In this document: in pieces, positions 24,470 to 32,000 of the stretch
Layout of the letters: the number at the start of each line of letters is the position of its first letter
Numbering within the stretch: position 1 is the first letter of the stretch
Assembly (NCBI RefSeq): GCF_000039765.1
Contig: NC_004460.2
Coordinates: 750,001-782,000 of the forward strand
DNA: 32,000 nt
Direction of reading: 5' to 3'
Origin: Vibrio vulnificus CMCP6
GTDB lineage: Bacteria; Pseudomonadota; Gammaproteobacteria; Enterobacterales; Vibrionaceae
Notes under the pieces: model-generated
What the model saw: only the letters and a program-made list of their open reading frames with translations
Database searches by the model: none
Told to the model about the DNA's origin: nothing
Made by a program: the position numbers and the translations under genes

Positions 24470-24483
24470 CATTGCCTCTTAAT

Positions 24484-24499
24484 TACCCCCTAAGGGGTA
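24484..24499. promoter_or_regulatory. NarP/NarL 7-2-7 heptamer pair TACCCCC-TA-AGGGGTA
   Basis: taccccctaaggggta matches the TACYYMT-N2-AKRRGTA arrangement. A TACAAT -10 candidate at 24522-24527 places the site near -44, as at E. coli napF. Confidence 0.7.
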
Positions 24500-24608
24500 T
24501 TTATACAAATATGTCAAAAACTACAATTTATGTGCGCTTAAATGACAGTTTATTAATGAGAAATGTGAACTAACATTAAGTCATGTTTCTTAAACTCAGG
24601 ATAGTACA

Positions 24609-25091
24609 GTGGTAGACCTTTCAAGAAGACGATTATTTTCCAGAAAAAAAGTCGATGACGGCTTAATTCGTCTTCCCTGGTTGGCTGATCGCATGCAGTT
24701 TACCGATCAATGCACTCGATGTGGTAAATGCGTTGAGCAATGTGAAACTCAAATCATTGTTAAAGGCGACGGAGGCTTTCCTACCGTCGATTTCTCTATT
24801 GATGAATGTACGTTTTGTTACCGTTGCGCAGAAGTCTGTCCCGAGTCACTTTTTTTAGCGAAAGATGCGCAACCTTGGCAAGCAAAGGCAATAATAAATG
24901 AGTCCTGTTTGTCGTACCACAACGTGGAATGTCGCAGTTGTGGCGAGATGTGTGAACCCATGGCTATCCAATTCAAATTGGAAATCGGCAAGGTCGCACA
25001 ACCTCAGATAAACCTTGATGAATGTAGTGGATGTGGCGCTTGTGTTTCGGTTTGCCCTTCTTCATCCATCAATGTGAGCATAAACGAATAA
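24609..25091 (+). CDS. napF: Ferredoxin-type protein NapF
   Basis: GTG start after AGGA. Several CxxCxxCxxxCP iron-sulfur motifs (CTRCGKCVEQC, CTFCYRCAEVCP, CSGCGACVSVCP). Confidence 0.85.
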   Translation: MVDLSRRRLFSRKKVDDGLIRLPWLADRMQFTDQCTRCGKCVEQCETQIIVKGDGGFPTVDFSIDECTFCYRCAEVCPESLFLAKDAQPWQAKAIINESCLSYHNVECRSCGEMCEPMAIQFKLEIGKVAQPQINLDECSGCGACVSVCPSSSINVSINE

Positions 25092-25111
25092 AAGAATAAT
25101 GAGAGAGAATT

Positions 25112-25417
25112 ATGGCACTAAATGAAGTGCATATTTCAAGTTTAGTGGTACACGTGGCCCCTGAGCACTTAGGCACGATAAAGACGCAGATCGAAACCAT
25201 CGAGAACGCGGAAATTTATGGTGATAGCCCAGAAGGCAAAATCGTCGTGGTTCTGGAAACCGAAAACCAAGGTTTCGTTACCGACACCATTGAAACCATC
25301 AACAATTTACCGAACGTTCTCAGCACGGTTCTGGTTTATCACCAAATTGAAACCGATCTGGATGACACGGACGAAGACACTGGAACACAACATTCCCAAA
25401 TCGAGGGTGAAGTATGA
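25112..25417 (+). CDS. napD: NapA chaperone NapD
   Basis: [15 protein letters not shown]... NapD-type fold, placed between napF and napA. It overlaps the napA start (ATGA). Confidence 0.8.
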   Translation: MALNEVHISSLVVHVAPEHLGTIKTQIETIENAEIYGDSPEGKIVVVLETENQGFVTDTIETINNLPNVLSTVLVYHQIETDLDDTDEDTGTQHSQIEGEV

Positions 25418-27903
25418 AAATGACAAGACGTGCGTTTGTGAAAGCAAACGCAGCTGCATCAGCGGCGGCAGTAGCTGGCATTACGCTGCCTGCTTCAGCA
25501 GCAAACCTGATCGCAAGCTCAGACCAAACCAAAATCACATGGGACAAGGCTCCTTGTCGTTTCTGTGGTACAGGCTGTTCTGTACTCGTAGGTACTCAGA
25601 ACGGTAAAGTCGTTGCAACACAAGGTGACCCTGAAGCACCGGTAAACAAAGGCTTGAACTGTATCAAAGGTTACTTCCTATCGAAGATCATGTACGGTCA
25701 AGACCGTCTGACTCAGCCACTTTTACGTATGAAAGATGGCAAATACGACAAAGAAGGTGACTTCACGCCAGTGTCTTGGGATGTGGCATTCGACACCATG
25801 GCTGAGAAGTGGAAAGCTTCTCTGGCGAAGAAAGGCCCAACAAGCATCGGTATGTTTGGTTCTGGCCAGTGGACGGTAATGGAAGGTTACGCGGCGGCGA
25901 AAATGATGAAAGCGGGTTTCCGCTCGAACAACATCGACCCGAACGCGCGTCACTGTATGGCATCTGCGGTAGTTGGTTTTATGCGTACCTTCGGTATCGA
26001 TGAACCAATGGGTTGTTACGATGACTTCGAACACGCAGATTCTTTCGTGCTTTGGGGTTCAAACATGGCAGAAATGCACCCTGTTCTTTGGACTCGTATC
26101 ACTGACCGCCGACTAAGCCACCCGCATGTTAAAGTAAACGTACTTTCTACTTACTACCACCGTTCTTTTGAACTGGCTGACAGCGGTTACATTTTCAAGC
26201 CTCAATCTGATTTGGCGATCGCAAACTTCATCGCAAACTACATCATCCAAAACGATGCCGTAAATTGGGATTTCGTTAATAAACACACCAACTTCAAACA
26301 AGCGACTACCGATATCGGTTACGGCTTGCGTGACGATGATCCGCTGCAGAAACAAGCGAAAAACCCGAACTCGGGCAATATGACCTCCATTTCGTTTGAA
26401 GAGTACAAAAAATCGGTTGCACCATACACGGTTGAAAAAGCATCAGAGATGTCTGGCGTTGCGCAAGACAAACTGATTGAACTTGCAAAACAGTATGCGG
26501 ATCCGAACACCAAAGTGATGTCACTTTGGACAATGGGTATGAACCAACATACTCGTGGTGTGTGGATGAACAGCCTTGTTTACAACATCCACCTACTAAC
26601 CGGAAAAATTTCCACTCCGGGTAACAGCCCATTCTCGTTGACTGGTCAGCCATCAGCTTGTGGTACGGCTCGTGAAGTAGGTACATTTGCACACCGTCTG
26701 CCTGCAGACATGGTCGTTGCGAATCCGAAACACCGTGCGATTGCTGAGAAAATTTGGAAACTGCCTGAAGGCACTATTCCACCAAAACCAGGCTTCCACG
26801 CAGTTCTTCAAGACCGCATGCTGCACGATGGTGTACTGAACTGTTACTGGGTTCAGTGTAACAACAACATGCAAGCTGGCCCGAACATCAATGGTGAACG
26901 TCTACCAGGTTACCGTAACCCTGAAAACTTCATCGTCGTGTCTGACCCATACCCAACGGCGACAGCGCAAGCGGCTGACTTAATCCTTCCTACAGCAATG
27001 TGGATCGAAAAAGAAGGCGCTTACGGTAACGCAGAGCGTCGTACTCAAGCGTGGTACCAACAAGTTGGCACAGTCGGTGAAGCGAAGTCTGACTTGTGGC
27101 AAGTGATGGAGTTCTCTAAACGCTTCAAGATGGAAGAAGTGTGGCCAGAAGAGCTTCTAGCGAAAGCGCCTCAGTACCGTGGTAAAACCATGTACGACAT
27201 GCTGTTCGCTAACGGGCAAGTGGATAAGTTCCCATTGTCAGAAGCTCGCCAGCTTAACGATGATTCACACCACTTTGGCTTCTACGTACAGAAAGGTCTG
27301 TTCGAAGAGTATGCTGAGTTTGGCCGCGGCCATGGGCACGACCTAGCACCATACGATGTTTACCACACTGTTCGCGGTTTACGTTGGCCAGTGGTTGACG
27401 GCAAAGAAACACTTTGGCGTTACAAAGAAGGCTCGGATCCCTATGCGAAGAAAGGCTCTGGATGGGACTTCTACGGCAAACCTGATGGCAAAGCACTGAT
27501 CATCTCAGCCCCTTACGAGGCGCCACCTGAGTCTCCAGATGCTGAATACGACATGTGGCTATGTACTGGCCGTGTTCTTGAACACTGGCACACAGGCACC
27601 ATGACTCGTCGTGTTCCTGAGCTTTACAAAGCGGTTCCAGACGCGGTGTGTTACATCCACCCAGAAGATGCGAAAGCACGCGGTCTGCGCCGTGGTGACG
27701 AGGTTCTTATTTCGAACAAACGTGGTGAAGTACGTGTTCGTGTCGAAACTCGTGGCCGTAACCGTCCACCTCAAGGCTTGGTATTCGTACCATTCTTTGA
27801 TGCACGAATTCTGATTAACAAGTTGATCCTTGATGCGACTGACCCGCTGTCTAAACAGACAGACTTCAAGAAGTGTCCAGTTAAGATCACTAAAGTTGCT
27901 TAA
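25414..27903 (+). CDS. napA: Periplasmic nitrate reductase catalytic subunit NapA
   Basis: Tat signal [22 protein letters not shown]. 4Fe-4S motif CRFCGTGC. An 829-aa molybdopterin oxidoreductase. Confidence 0.97.
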   Translation: MKMTRRAFVKANAAASAAAVAGITLPASAANLIASSDQTKITWDKAPCRFCGTGCSVLVGTQNGKVVATQGDPEAPVNKGLNCIKGYFLSKIMYGQDRLTQPLLRMKDGKYDKEGDFTPVSWDVAFDTMAEKWKASLAKKGPTSIGMFGSGQWTVMEGYAAAKMMKAGFRSNNIDPNARHCMASAVVGFMRTFGIDEPMGCYDDFEHADSFVLWGSNMAEMHPVLWTRITDRRLSHPHVKVNVLSTYYHRSFELADSGYIFKPQSDLAIANFIANYIIQNDAVNWDFVNKHTNFKQATTDIGYGLRDDDPLQKQAKNPNSGNMTSISFEEYKKSVAPYTVEKASEMSGVAQDKLIELAKQYADPNTKVMSLWTMGMNQHTRGVWMNSLVYNIHLLTGKISTPGNSPFSLTGQPSACGTAREVGTFAHRLPADMVVANPKHRAIAEKIWKLPEGTIPPKPGFHAVLQDRMLHDGVLNCYWVQCNNNMQAGPNINGERLPGYRNPENFIVVSDPYPTATAQAADLILPTAMWIEKEGAYGNAERRTQAWYQQVGTVGEAKSDLWQVMEFSKRFKMEEVWPEELLAKAPQYRGKTMYDMLFANGQVDKFPLSEARQLNDDSHHFGFYVQKGLFEEYAEFGRGHGHDLAPYDVYHTVRGLRWPVVDGKETLWRYKEGSDPYAKKGSGWDFYGKPDGKALIISAPYEAPPESPDAEYDMWLCTGRVLEHWHTGTMTRRVPELYKAVPDAVCYIHPEDAKARGLRRGDEVLISNKRGEVRVRVETRGRNRPPQGLVFVPFFDARILINKLILDATDPLSKQTDFKKCPVKITKVA

Positions 27904-27977
27904 CAGACCGAAATGCACAGGCTGCTCTTAGACTTAAGGGCAGCTTGAAAAGAATTAAGCCATCAGGCGGAGATTAC

Positions 27978-28454
27978 ATGATGAAAAAACTATTAATGGC
28001 ACTGTTATCTGTAAGTGCACTTTCATTGGGGACATTGGTAGCAGGTGTTGCACAAGCTGAGCTGGATAACCCAGGCGGCATCGGTGGTTTAGAATCACTA
28101 CGTGGCGCAACCAACCTTGAAGACACACGTCCTGCAGATGATTTTAAGAAGTTCCCTCGTGAACAAACGCTAGACAGTGATTACATCTATCAACCACCAT
28201 TGATTCCACACAATATTCGTGGCTACGAAGTAACACTCAACGCGAACAAATGTTTGGCGTGTCATAGCTGGAAAAACGCTAAAGAAATGGGCGCAACCAA
28301 AATCAGTGTGACTCACTTTGTAAACCGTGAAGACGCTGTATTGGCTGACGTATCACCTCGTCGTTACTTCTGTTTGCAGTGCCACGTTCCTCAAGCGAAT
28401 GCTAAACCGCTTGTAGAGAACGATTTCGAGCGCGTTGACTCACTGCGCAAGTAA
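27978..28454 (+). CDS. napB: Diheme cytochrome c NapB
   Basis: ATG 27978 follows GGAG. Signal peptide MMKKLLMALLSVSALSLGTLVAGVAQA. Two heme motifs: CLACH and CLQCH. Confidence 0.9.
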   Translation: MMKKLLMALLSVSALSLGTLVAGVAQAELDNPGGIGGLESLRGATNLEDTRPADDFKKFPREQTLDSDYIYQPPLIPHNIRGYEVTLNANKCLACHSWKNAKEMGATKISVTHFVNREDAVLADVSPRRYFCLQCHVPQANAKPLVENDFERVDSLRK

Positions 28455-28484
28455 TAGCCAACAACAGAATCAAAGAGGCTATCT

Positions 28485-29060
28485 ATGAAATTACTTAAAG
28501 CGTTTTGGAAGCGACTAAGCACTCCTAGTAAAGCAGCAGCGGGTATTTTGCTGTTCATGGGATTTGCTGGTGGTCTTCTATTCTGGGGCGCATTCAACAC
28601 GGGTATGGAGGCGACTAACTCAGAAGAGTTCTGTTCTGGTTGTCACGCTCCAATTGTTGCGGAAATCCAGGAAACGATTCACTACTCTAACCGTTCTGGT
28701 GTTCGTGCGATTTGTTCCGACTGTCACGTACCTCATGAGTGGACAGATAAGATCGTCCGTAAAGTGCAAGCATCAAAAGAGTTGTTTGCCCACTTCATCG
28801 GTACTATCGATACACCTGAGAAATTCCAAGAGCGTCGTGCTCACCTTGCTGAGCGTGAATGGGCTCGCTTGAAAAAGAATGACTCATTGGAATGTCGTAA
28901 CTGTCACGAGTTTGAATACATGGACTTTTCTGAACAAGGTGCGCGCAGTGCAAAACAGCACTCGACGGCATTGGCTTCTGGCGAAAAAACCTGTGTAGAC
29001 TGCCACAAAGGTATCGCTCACAAACTGCCTGACATGCACGGCGTTGAAGGCTGGCAATAA
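28485..29060 (+). CDS. napC: Tetraheme cytochrome c NapC (NapC/NirT family)
   Basis: N-terminal TM anchor. Four CxxCH motifs: CSGCH, CSDCH, CRNCH and CVDCH. Confidence 0.92.
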   Translation: MKLLKAFWKRLSTPSKAAAGILLFMGFAGGLLFWGAFNTGMEATNSEEFCSGCHAPIVAEIQETIHYSNRSGVRAICSDCHVPHEWTDKIVRKVQASKELFAHFIGTIDTPEKFQERRAHLAEREWARLKKNDSLECRNCHEFEYMDFSEQGARSAKQHSTALASGEKTCVDCHKGIAHKLPDMHGVEGWQ

Positions 29061-29071
29061 GGAGAACAAGC

Positions 29072-29206
29072 ATGAGTACACTGGAATCGGTTATTTGGCA
29101 TGTTCTTGGTTATAGCGCTATGCCTGTCATTATTCTAACTGGGTTTGCTGGCGTTGCTGCCGTCTCACTCTGGTTACTGTCTTTGGGTAAAGACAAAGAC
29201 ATCTAA
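29072..29206 (+). CDS. Small membrane protein (44 aa) downstream of napC, not in the ORF track
   Basis: AAGGAGAACAAGC then ATG. Translation: MSTLESVIWHVLGYSAMPVIILTGFAGVAAVSLWLLSLGKDKDI*. One TM segment. The strong terminator follows. Confidence 0.6.
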   Translation: MSTLESVIWHVLGYSAMPVIILTGFAGVAAVSLWLLSLGKDKDI

Positions 29207-29243
29207 GAATTCGTCAACTCTTTTGCCTATTTTGTTGATGACA

Positions 29244-29273
29244 AAACCCCAGATGGTTTCCCATCTGGGGTTT
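29244..29273. terminator. Bidirectional rho-independent terminator between the nap operon and the convergent kelch gene
   Basis: aaaccccagatgg-tttc-ccatctggggttt 13-bp stem, with T-runs on both strands. Confidence 0.85.
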
Positions 29274-29341
29274 TCTTTTTAGCATCTGAGACCATTTCTA
29301 TTCGGTGTTTTCGCTCTCTCTATCAGCCTTTATCACTGCCT

Positions 29342-30403
29342 CTATTCGAGTTCAATTGCATAAACTTGCTTCGTTGCTTCTCCTTGACTGTTTTCTCCTC
29401 CCAACAAGAGAAGAGTGTTCTCCATCATCACTGAGCAACCATAAGCCAGCCCCTGAGGCAGCAGACCAACACATGACCACCCTTCCCCATCAAAACACCA
29501 AATATCTCGACTGTAGTGTTTGATGAGCCCTTTATGGCTATACCACTGCCCTTTCTTATAGTTTTCTTGGCTACCGACAAAATAGGCACCGCCTGCCACG
29601 AGAAGTTGGCGCTGATTTGTCCCAGCAAAAGCCCCCGCCAGACCTTCGTGCAATGCCTGTTTATCAATGATCGAAGGGAAACGGTTACATTCCACTTCAC
29701 CATGGGTGCAAAAGCGATACTGCTTAGTTGTTACGCTGCGAAGACCCGGTTTTATCTCACCTTCAATCAATAAATAATTGTCTTGATAATGAAGAATAGA
29801 CGCACCGCAGTTAGCAGAATATGGATTGATGCTCAGCTCTCGCCATTGATGTGTCTGACAATCAAAACCAATAATGCTCTGATTCCAGCCATACGCGTGG
29901 ACTGGCTGAGACATAAAAGCCTCAAGCAAACTACGATGAGCGTCGCTACCGGGCGCGACATCACTCAGTTCTGCCACAAAAGAATCGAACGTCTCTTTGT
30001 TATAGCCGCCCCAAAACGCCAGTTGGCCTTGTTGCCACTCGCAACCACTGGCACCAAGAAGTCCAACAGGAGGAGGGGTTTGTATTGCTTGCCAACACCA
30101 TAATTCAGCATTGAAGAAATACCCATCCATCAGTACTTGTGTAGTTACAGTAGCCTCTGGTTGGCCTGCCCCCGAGAAAACGTAAAGACCATCAGCAACG
30201 GCAATGCAGACCGCATCGTTTCGCCGGCAACCGGGAAATTCAGGGGCGAGTTGCCACCCCCGCTCTCGCTTTGAATCTTCTAAGTAGAACAACTGCTGAC
30301 CAGCACTGCCTAAGCCAATAAAAATACGATCGCCGACTCTTGCCGCAATGCCATTCTTGATGCCAATGGGTAAAGCGGGAAATGTTTCACGAATATTGAG
30401 CAT
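29342..30403 (-). CDS. Kelch-repeat mutarotase-family protein, NanM paralog without a signal peptide (possibly the cyclically permuted YjhT-like family)
   Basis: 353 aa. MLNIRETFPALPIGIKNGIAARVGDRIFIGLGSAGQQLFYL aligns with mature NanM (WPDLPIGVKNGVSAQIGSKVYVGLGSAEKSFYVL) encoded next door. There is no leader peptide. Confidence 0.7.
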   Translation of the reverse strand: MLNIRETFPALPIGIKNGIAARVGDRIFIGLGSAGQQLFYLEDSKRERGWQLAPEFPGCRRNDAVCIAVADGLYVFSGAGQPEATVTTQVLMDGYFFNAELWCWQAIQTPPPVGLLGASGCEWQQGQLAFWGGYNKETFDSFVAELSDVAPGSDAHRSLLEAFMSQPVHAYGWNQSIIGFDCQTHQWRELSINPYSANCGASILHYQDNYLLIEGEIKPGLRSVTTKQYRFCTHGEVECNRFPSIIDKQALHEGLAGAFAGTNQRQLLVAGGAYFVGSQENYKKGQWYSHKGLIKHYSRDIWCFDGEGWSCVGLLPQGLAYGCSVMMENTLLLLGGENSQGEATKQVYAIELE

Positions 30404-30414
30404 AACCCTTCCTG

Positions 30415-31569
30415 CTAATCGACGATGTCTATTTGGTTATTGTTGAGGCCAACAAGGTACACTTTGGTGCTCGCAGTGCGATCGGCCCGTTCTCCACCCA
30501 CCATCAATACACCGCCTTTAACACTGAATGATGCGCCATAAGCCAATCCTTCAGGCAGTTGACCCACTTGTTGCCAAACGCCTTTTTGCTTGGCGTATAT
30601 TTCGCTGTTGTAAGCTTTACTCAAACCGTTGTGCGCGAACATCTGGCCCGATTCAAACTGTGCTTTCGCGCCATGAAAATTTGCACCACCCGCGACGAGA
30701 AGGGTGTTACTCACCACTCCAGAATATGCTCCTGCAATTCCTTCTTGTTGCGCTTGTCCCTTGGCCGCTGGCAGAGCATAGGTACTTTGCCATGGCTGCA
30801 ATTCACCGTAAGTAAAGGTTTTTACTTCCGCGGTTCTCAAACCTGGTTTGATTTCGCCAGAAATGAGCGTGATACTCGGGCCGTCAATGACTGTTGCACT
30901 GCCACAATTAGGAAGATAGGGAGAGCGAGTCACAACGTCCCATTTATCGTTAGTAGGATTAAAACTCAGAACATCGCGATTCCATTGATACGCTAACGGC
31001 TCCATCCCCATGTAATCATCGACAATTTTCTGCCATTGTTCAGGCTGAGCTTTCTTATCCGTTCGAGTAATGTCAGCAAGGTACTTATCAAACAACGGTT
31101 TACTGTAACCACCGAAAAACAGCACCTGTTTACCATCAGGCGAATAAGAAGAAGCACCAAGTAGCCCAACAGGTGTTTGAGTTTTCACTTGATGCCAGCG
31201 GTTCGTCTGGGTATCAAAGCGATAAACCGTATCAAAAATAATGGGGGAACTTGCGTCATCAGACGCTTTGCCCGAACCACCAAAAACAAAAATGTTTTCA
31301 CCAACCACAGTTGCAGTCGCGCCGCTGCGTTCCGAACCAATAAACTCAGCAAGCAATGTCCAACCGTTTTGCGGCGCTTGGGTGTCCAGAACATAAAAGG
31401 ATTTTTCTGCCGAACCTAAACCAACATAAACCTTGCTGCCTATTTGGGCGCTAACCCCATTTTTTACCCCTATGGGCAGATCTGGCCAGTGATTGTTCGC
31501 TAACGCCATATGAGAGAGTAAAGAGGAAGAAGCCAGCAGCGGTAACAGTAAGTACTTTGTTTTCATCAT
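30415..31569 (-). CDS. nanM: N-acetylneuraminate epimerase (sialic acid mutarotase, YjhT/NanM), periplasmic
   Basis: Signal peptide MMKTKYLLLPLLASSSLLSHMALA, kelch repeats, and 384 aa. It is adjacent to an RpiR/SIS regulator gene, as in sialic-acid loci. Confidence 0.8.
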   Translation of the reverse strand: MMKTKYLLLPLLASSSLLSHMALANNHWPDLPIGVKNGVSAQIGSKVYVGLGSAEKSFYVLDTQAPQNGWTLLAEFIGSERSGATATVVGENIFVFGGSGKASDDASSPIIFDTVYRFDTQTNRWHQVKTQTPVGLLGASSYSPDGKQVLFFGGYSKPLFDKYLADITRTDKKAQPEQWQKIVDDYMGMEPLAYQWNRDVLSFNPTNDKWDVVTRSPYLPNCGSATVIDGPSITLISGEIKPGLRTAEVKTFTYGELQPWQSTYALPAAKGQAQQEGIAGAYSGVVSNTLLVAGGANFHGAKAQFESGQMFAHNGLSKAYNSEIYAKQKGVWQQVGQLPEGLAYGASFSVKGGVLMVGGERADRTASTKVYLVGLNNNQIDIVD

Positions 31570-31710
31570 TGTTTTTATTCCCTTATTGATGTGAATCCAA
31601 TCTTGATTGATTAAGATTTATCCTAATTATCGATTAATGAAAAAATATTTCTTTGATCAAACTTTCAATAAAAATATTTTTTATTAATTAAGTTAAGAAA
31701 AGATTCAAAA

Positions 31711-31734
31711 AAGGCTTACTCATAAGTAAGCCTT
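31711..31734 (-). terminator. Rho-independent terminator after the RpiR-family gene
   Basis: aaggcttact-cata-agtaagcctt 10-bp stem, followed on the minus strand by TTTTT. Confidence 0.75.
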
Positions 31735-31754
31735 TGATAAGGAAATAAAGTTTA

Positions 31755-32000
31755 TTAATTTGCCATTAAAGGAATGACTACTTCTGCTGTTTCTTGCACC
31801 GAGTCTTTGTATTCCGGGTAGCTCTCTAATAAAGAGTTGACCAACACGTCCACTAAGAGCAGCGCGCCGACTTTCGAGGCAAAAGCACCACCTGTTAGTG
31901 GCCCTTCTGGTCTTGCAGCCACCAGCATTTCAGTTGAGAGAGAAGAGAGCGGGCTGTGATTGATGTTTGTCAGAGAAACGACGGGAATATCACGCTTATA
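31755..32000 (-). CDS. RpiR/MurR-family regulator, C-terminal SIS domain (partial; 5' end outside the window)
   Basis: The minus strand reads ...YKRDIPVVSLTNINHSPLSSLSTEMLVAARPEGPLTGGAFASKVGALLLVDVLVNSLLESYPEYKDSVQETAEVVIPLMAN*. It is absent from the ORF track because it has no start codon in the window. Confidence 0.7.
   Translation of the reverse strand, partial: YKRDIPVVSLTNINHSPLSSLSTEMLVAARPEGPLTGGAFASKVGALLLVDVLVNSLLESYPEYKDSVQETAEVVIPLMAN

Noticed and set aside
31590-31605. CRP-like half site TGTGA-N6-TCTTG upstream of nanM
   Set aside because: The second half-site is poor, and the site lies only about 25 nt from the start codon.
1-32000. Search for tRNA/tmRNA genes near the integrase, for rRNA, and for CRISPR-like regularly spaced repeats
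   Set aside because: By eye I saw no cloverleaf-compatible GTTCGAATC-type arm or array of spaced repeats. The only tandem repeats are the short ones listed.

Overview
The window looks like a Vibrio-type (Vibrionaceae) chromosomal segment made of two different halves. No database search was possible, so every family call rests on motifs I read in the translations.

Right half (about 16.0-32.0 kb): conserved housekeeping and respiration genes.
- guaC, a small beta-barrel OMP and nnr (yjeF).
- A REC-CheC-like response regulator translationally coupled to a stand-alone PAS protein.
- narQ-narP, then napFDABC behind a textbook FNR plus NarP (7-2-7) promoter.
- An unlisted 44-aa membrane ORF after napC.
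- Two tandem NanM/YjhT-family kelch genes, and the 3' end of an RpiR/SIS regulator.

Left half (1-16.0 kb): a mosaic, partly decaying accessory region.
- An IS5-family transposase remnant.
- A cluster of D-aminoacylase-like amidohydrolase, COG0523 metallochaperone GTPase and two beta-lactamase-fold serine hydrolases.
- A PLD-family lipoprotein, a FUSC/DUF2955-like membrane protein and a frameshifted HlyD-family gene.
- A compact (~5.9 kb) element inserted just downstream of the guaC terminator.

The inserted element is the most interesting object. It keeps a complete 186/P2-type lysogeny switch (Int, CI | Apl/Cox-like, CII/CP76-like). It also has a plasmid-type Rep (PriCT_1-like motif plus HTH), small ORFs and a truncated ParA-like gene, but no virion, packaging or lysis genes. 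A decayed m5C-methyltransferase/HNH pair sits in its int-cI gap. It is either a prophage remnant or a minimal satellite/integrative replicon.

I found no tRNA, rRNA or CRISPR array.
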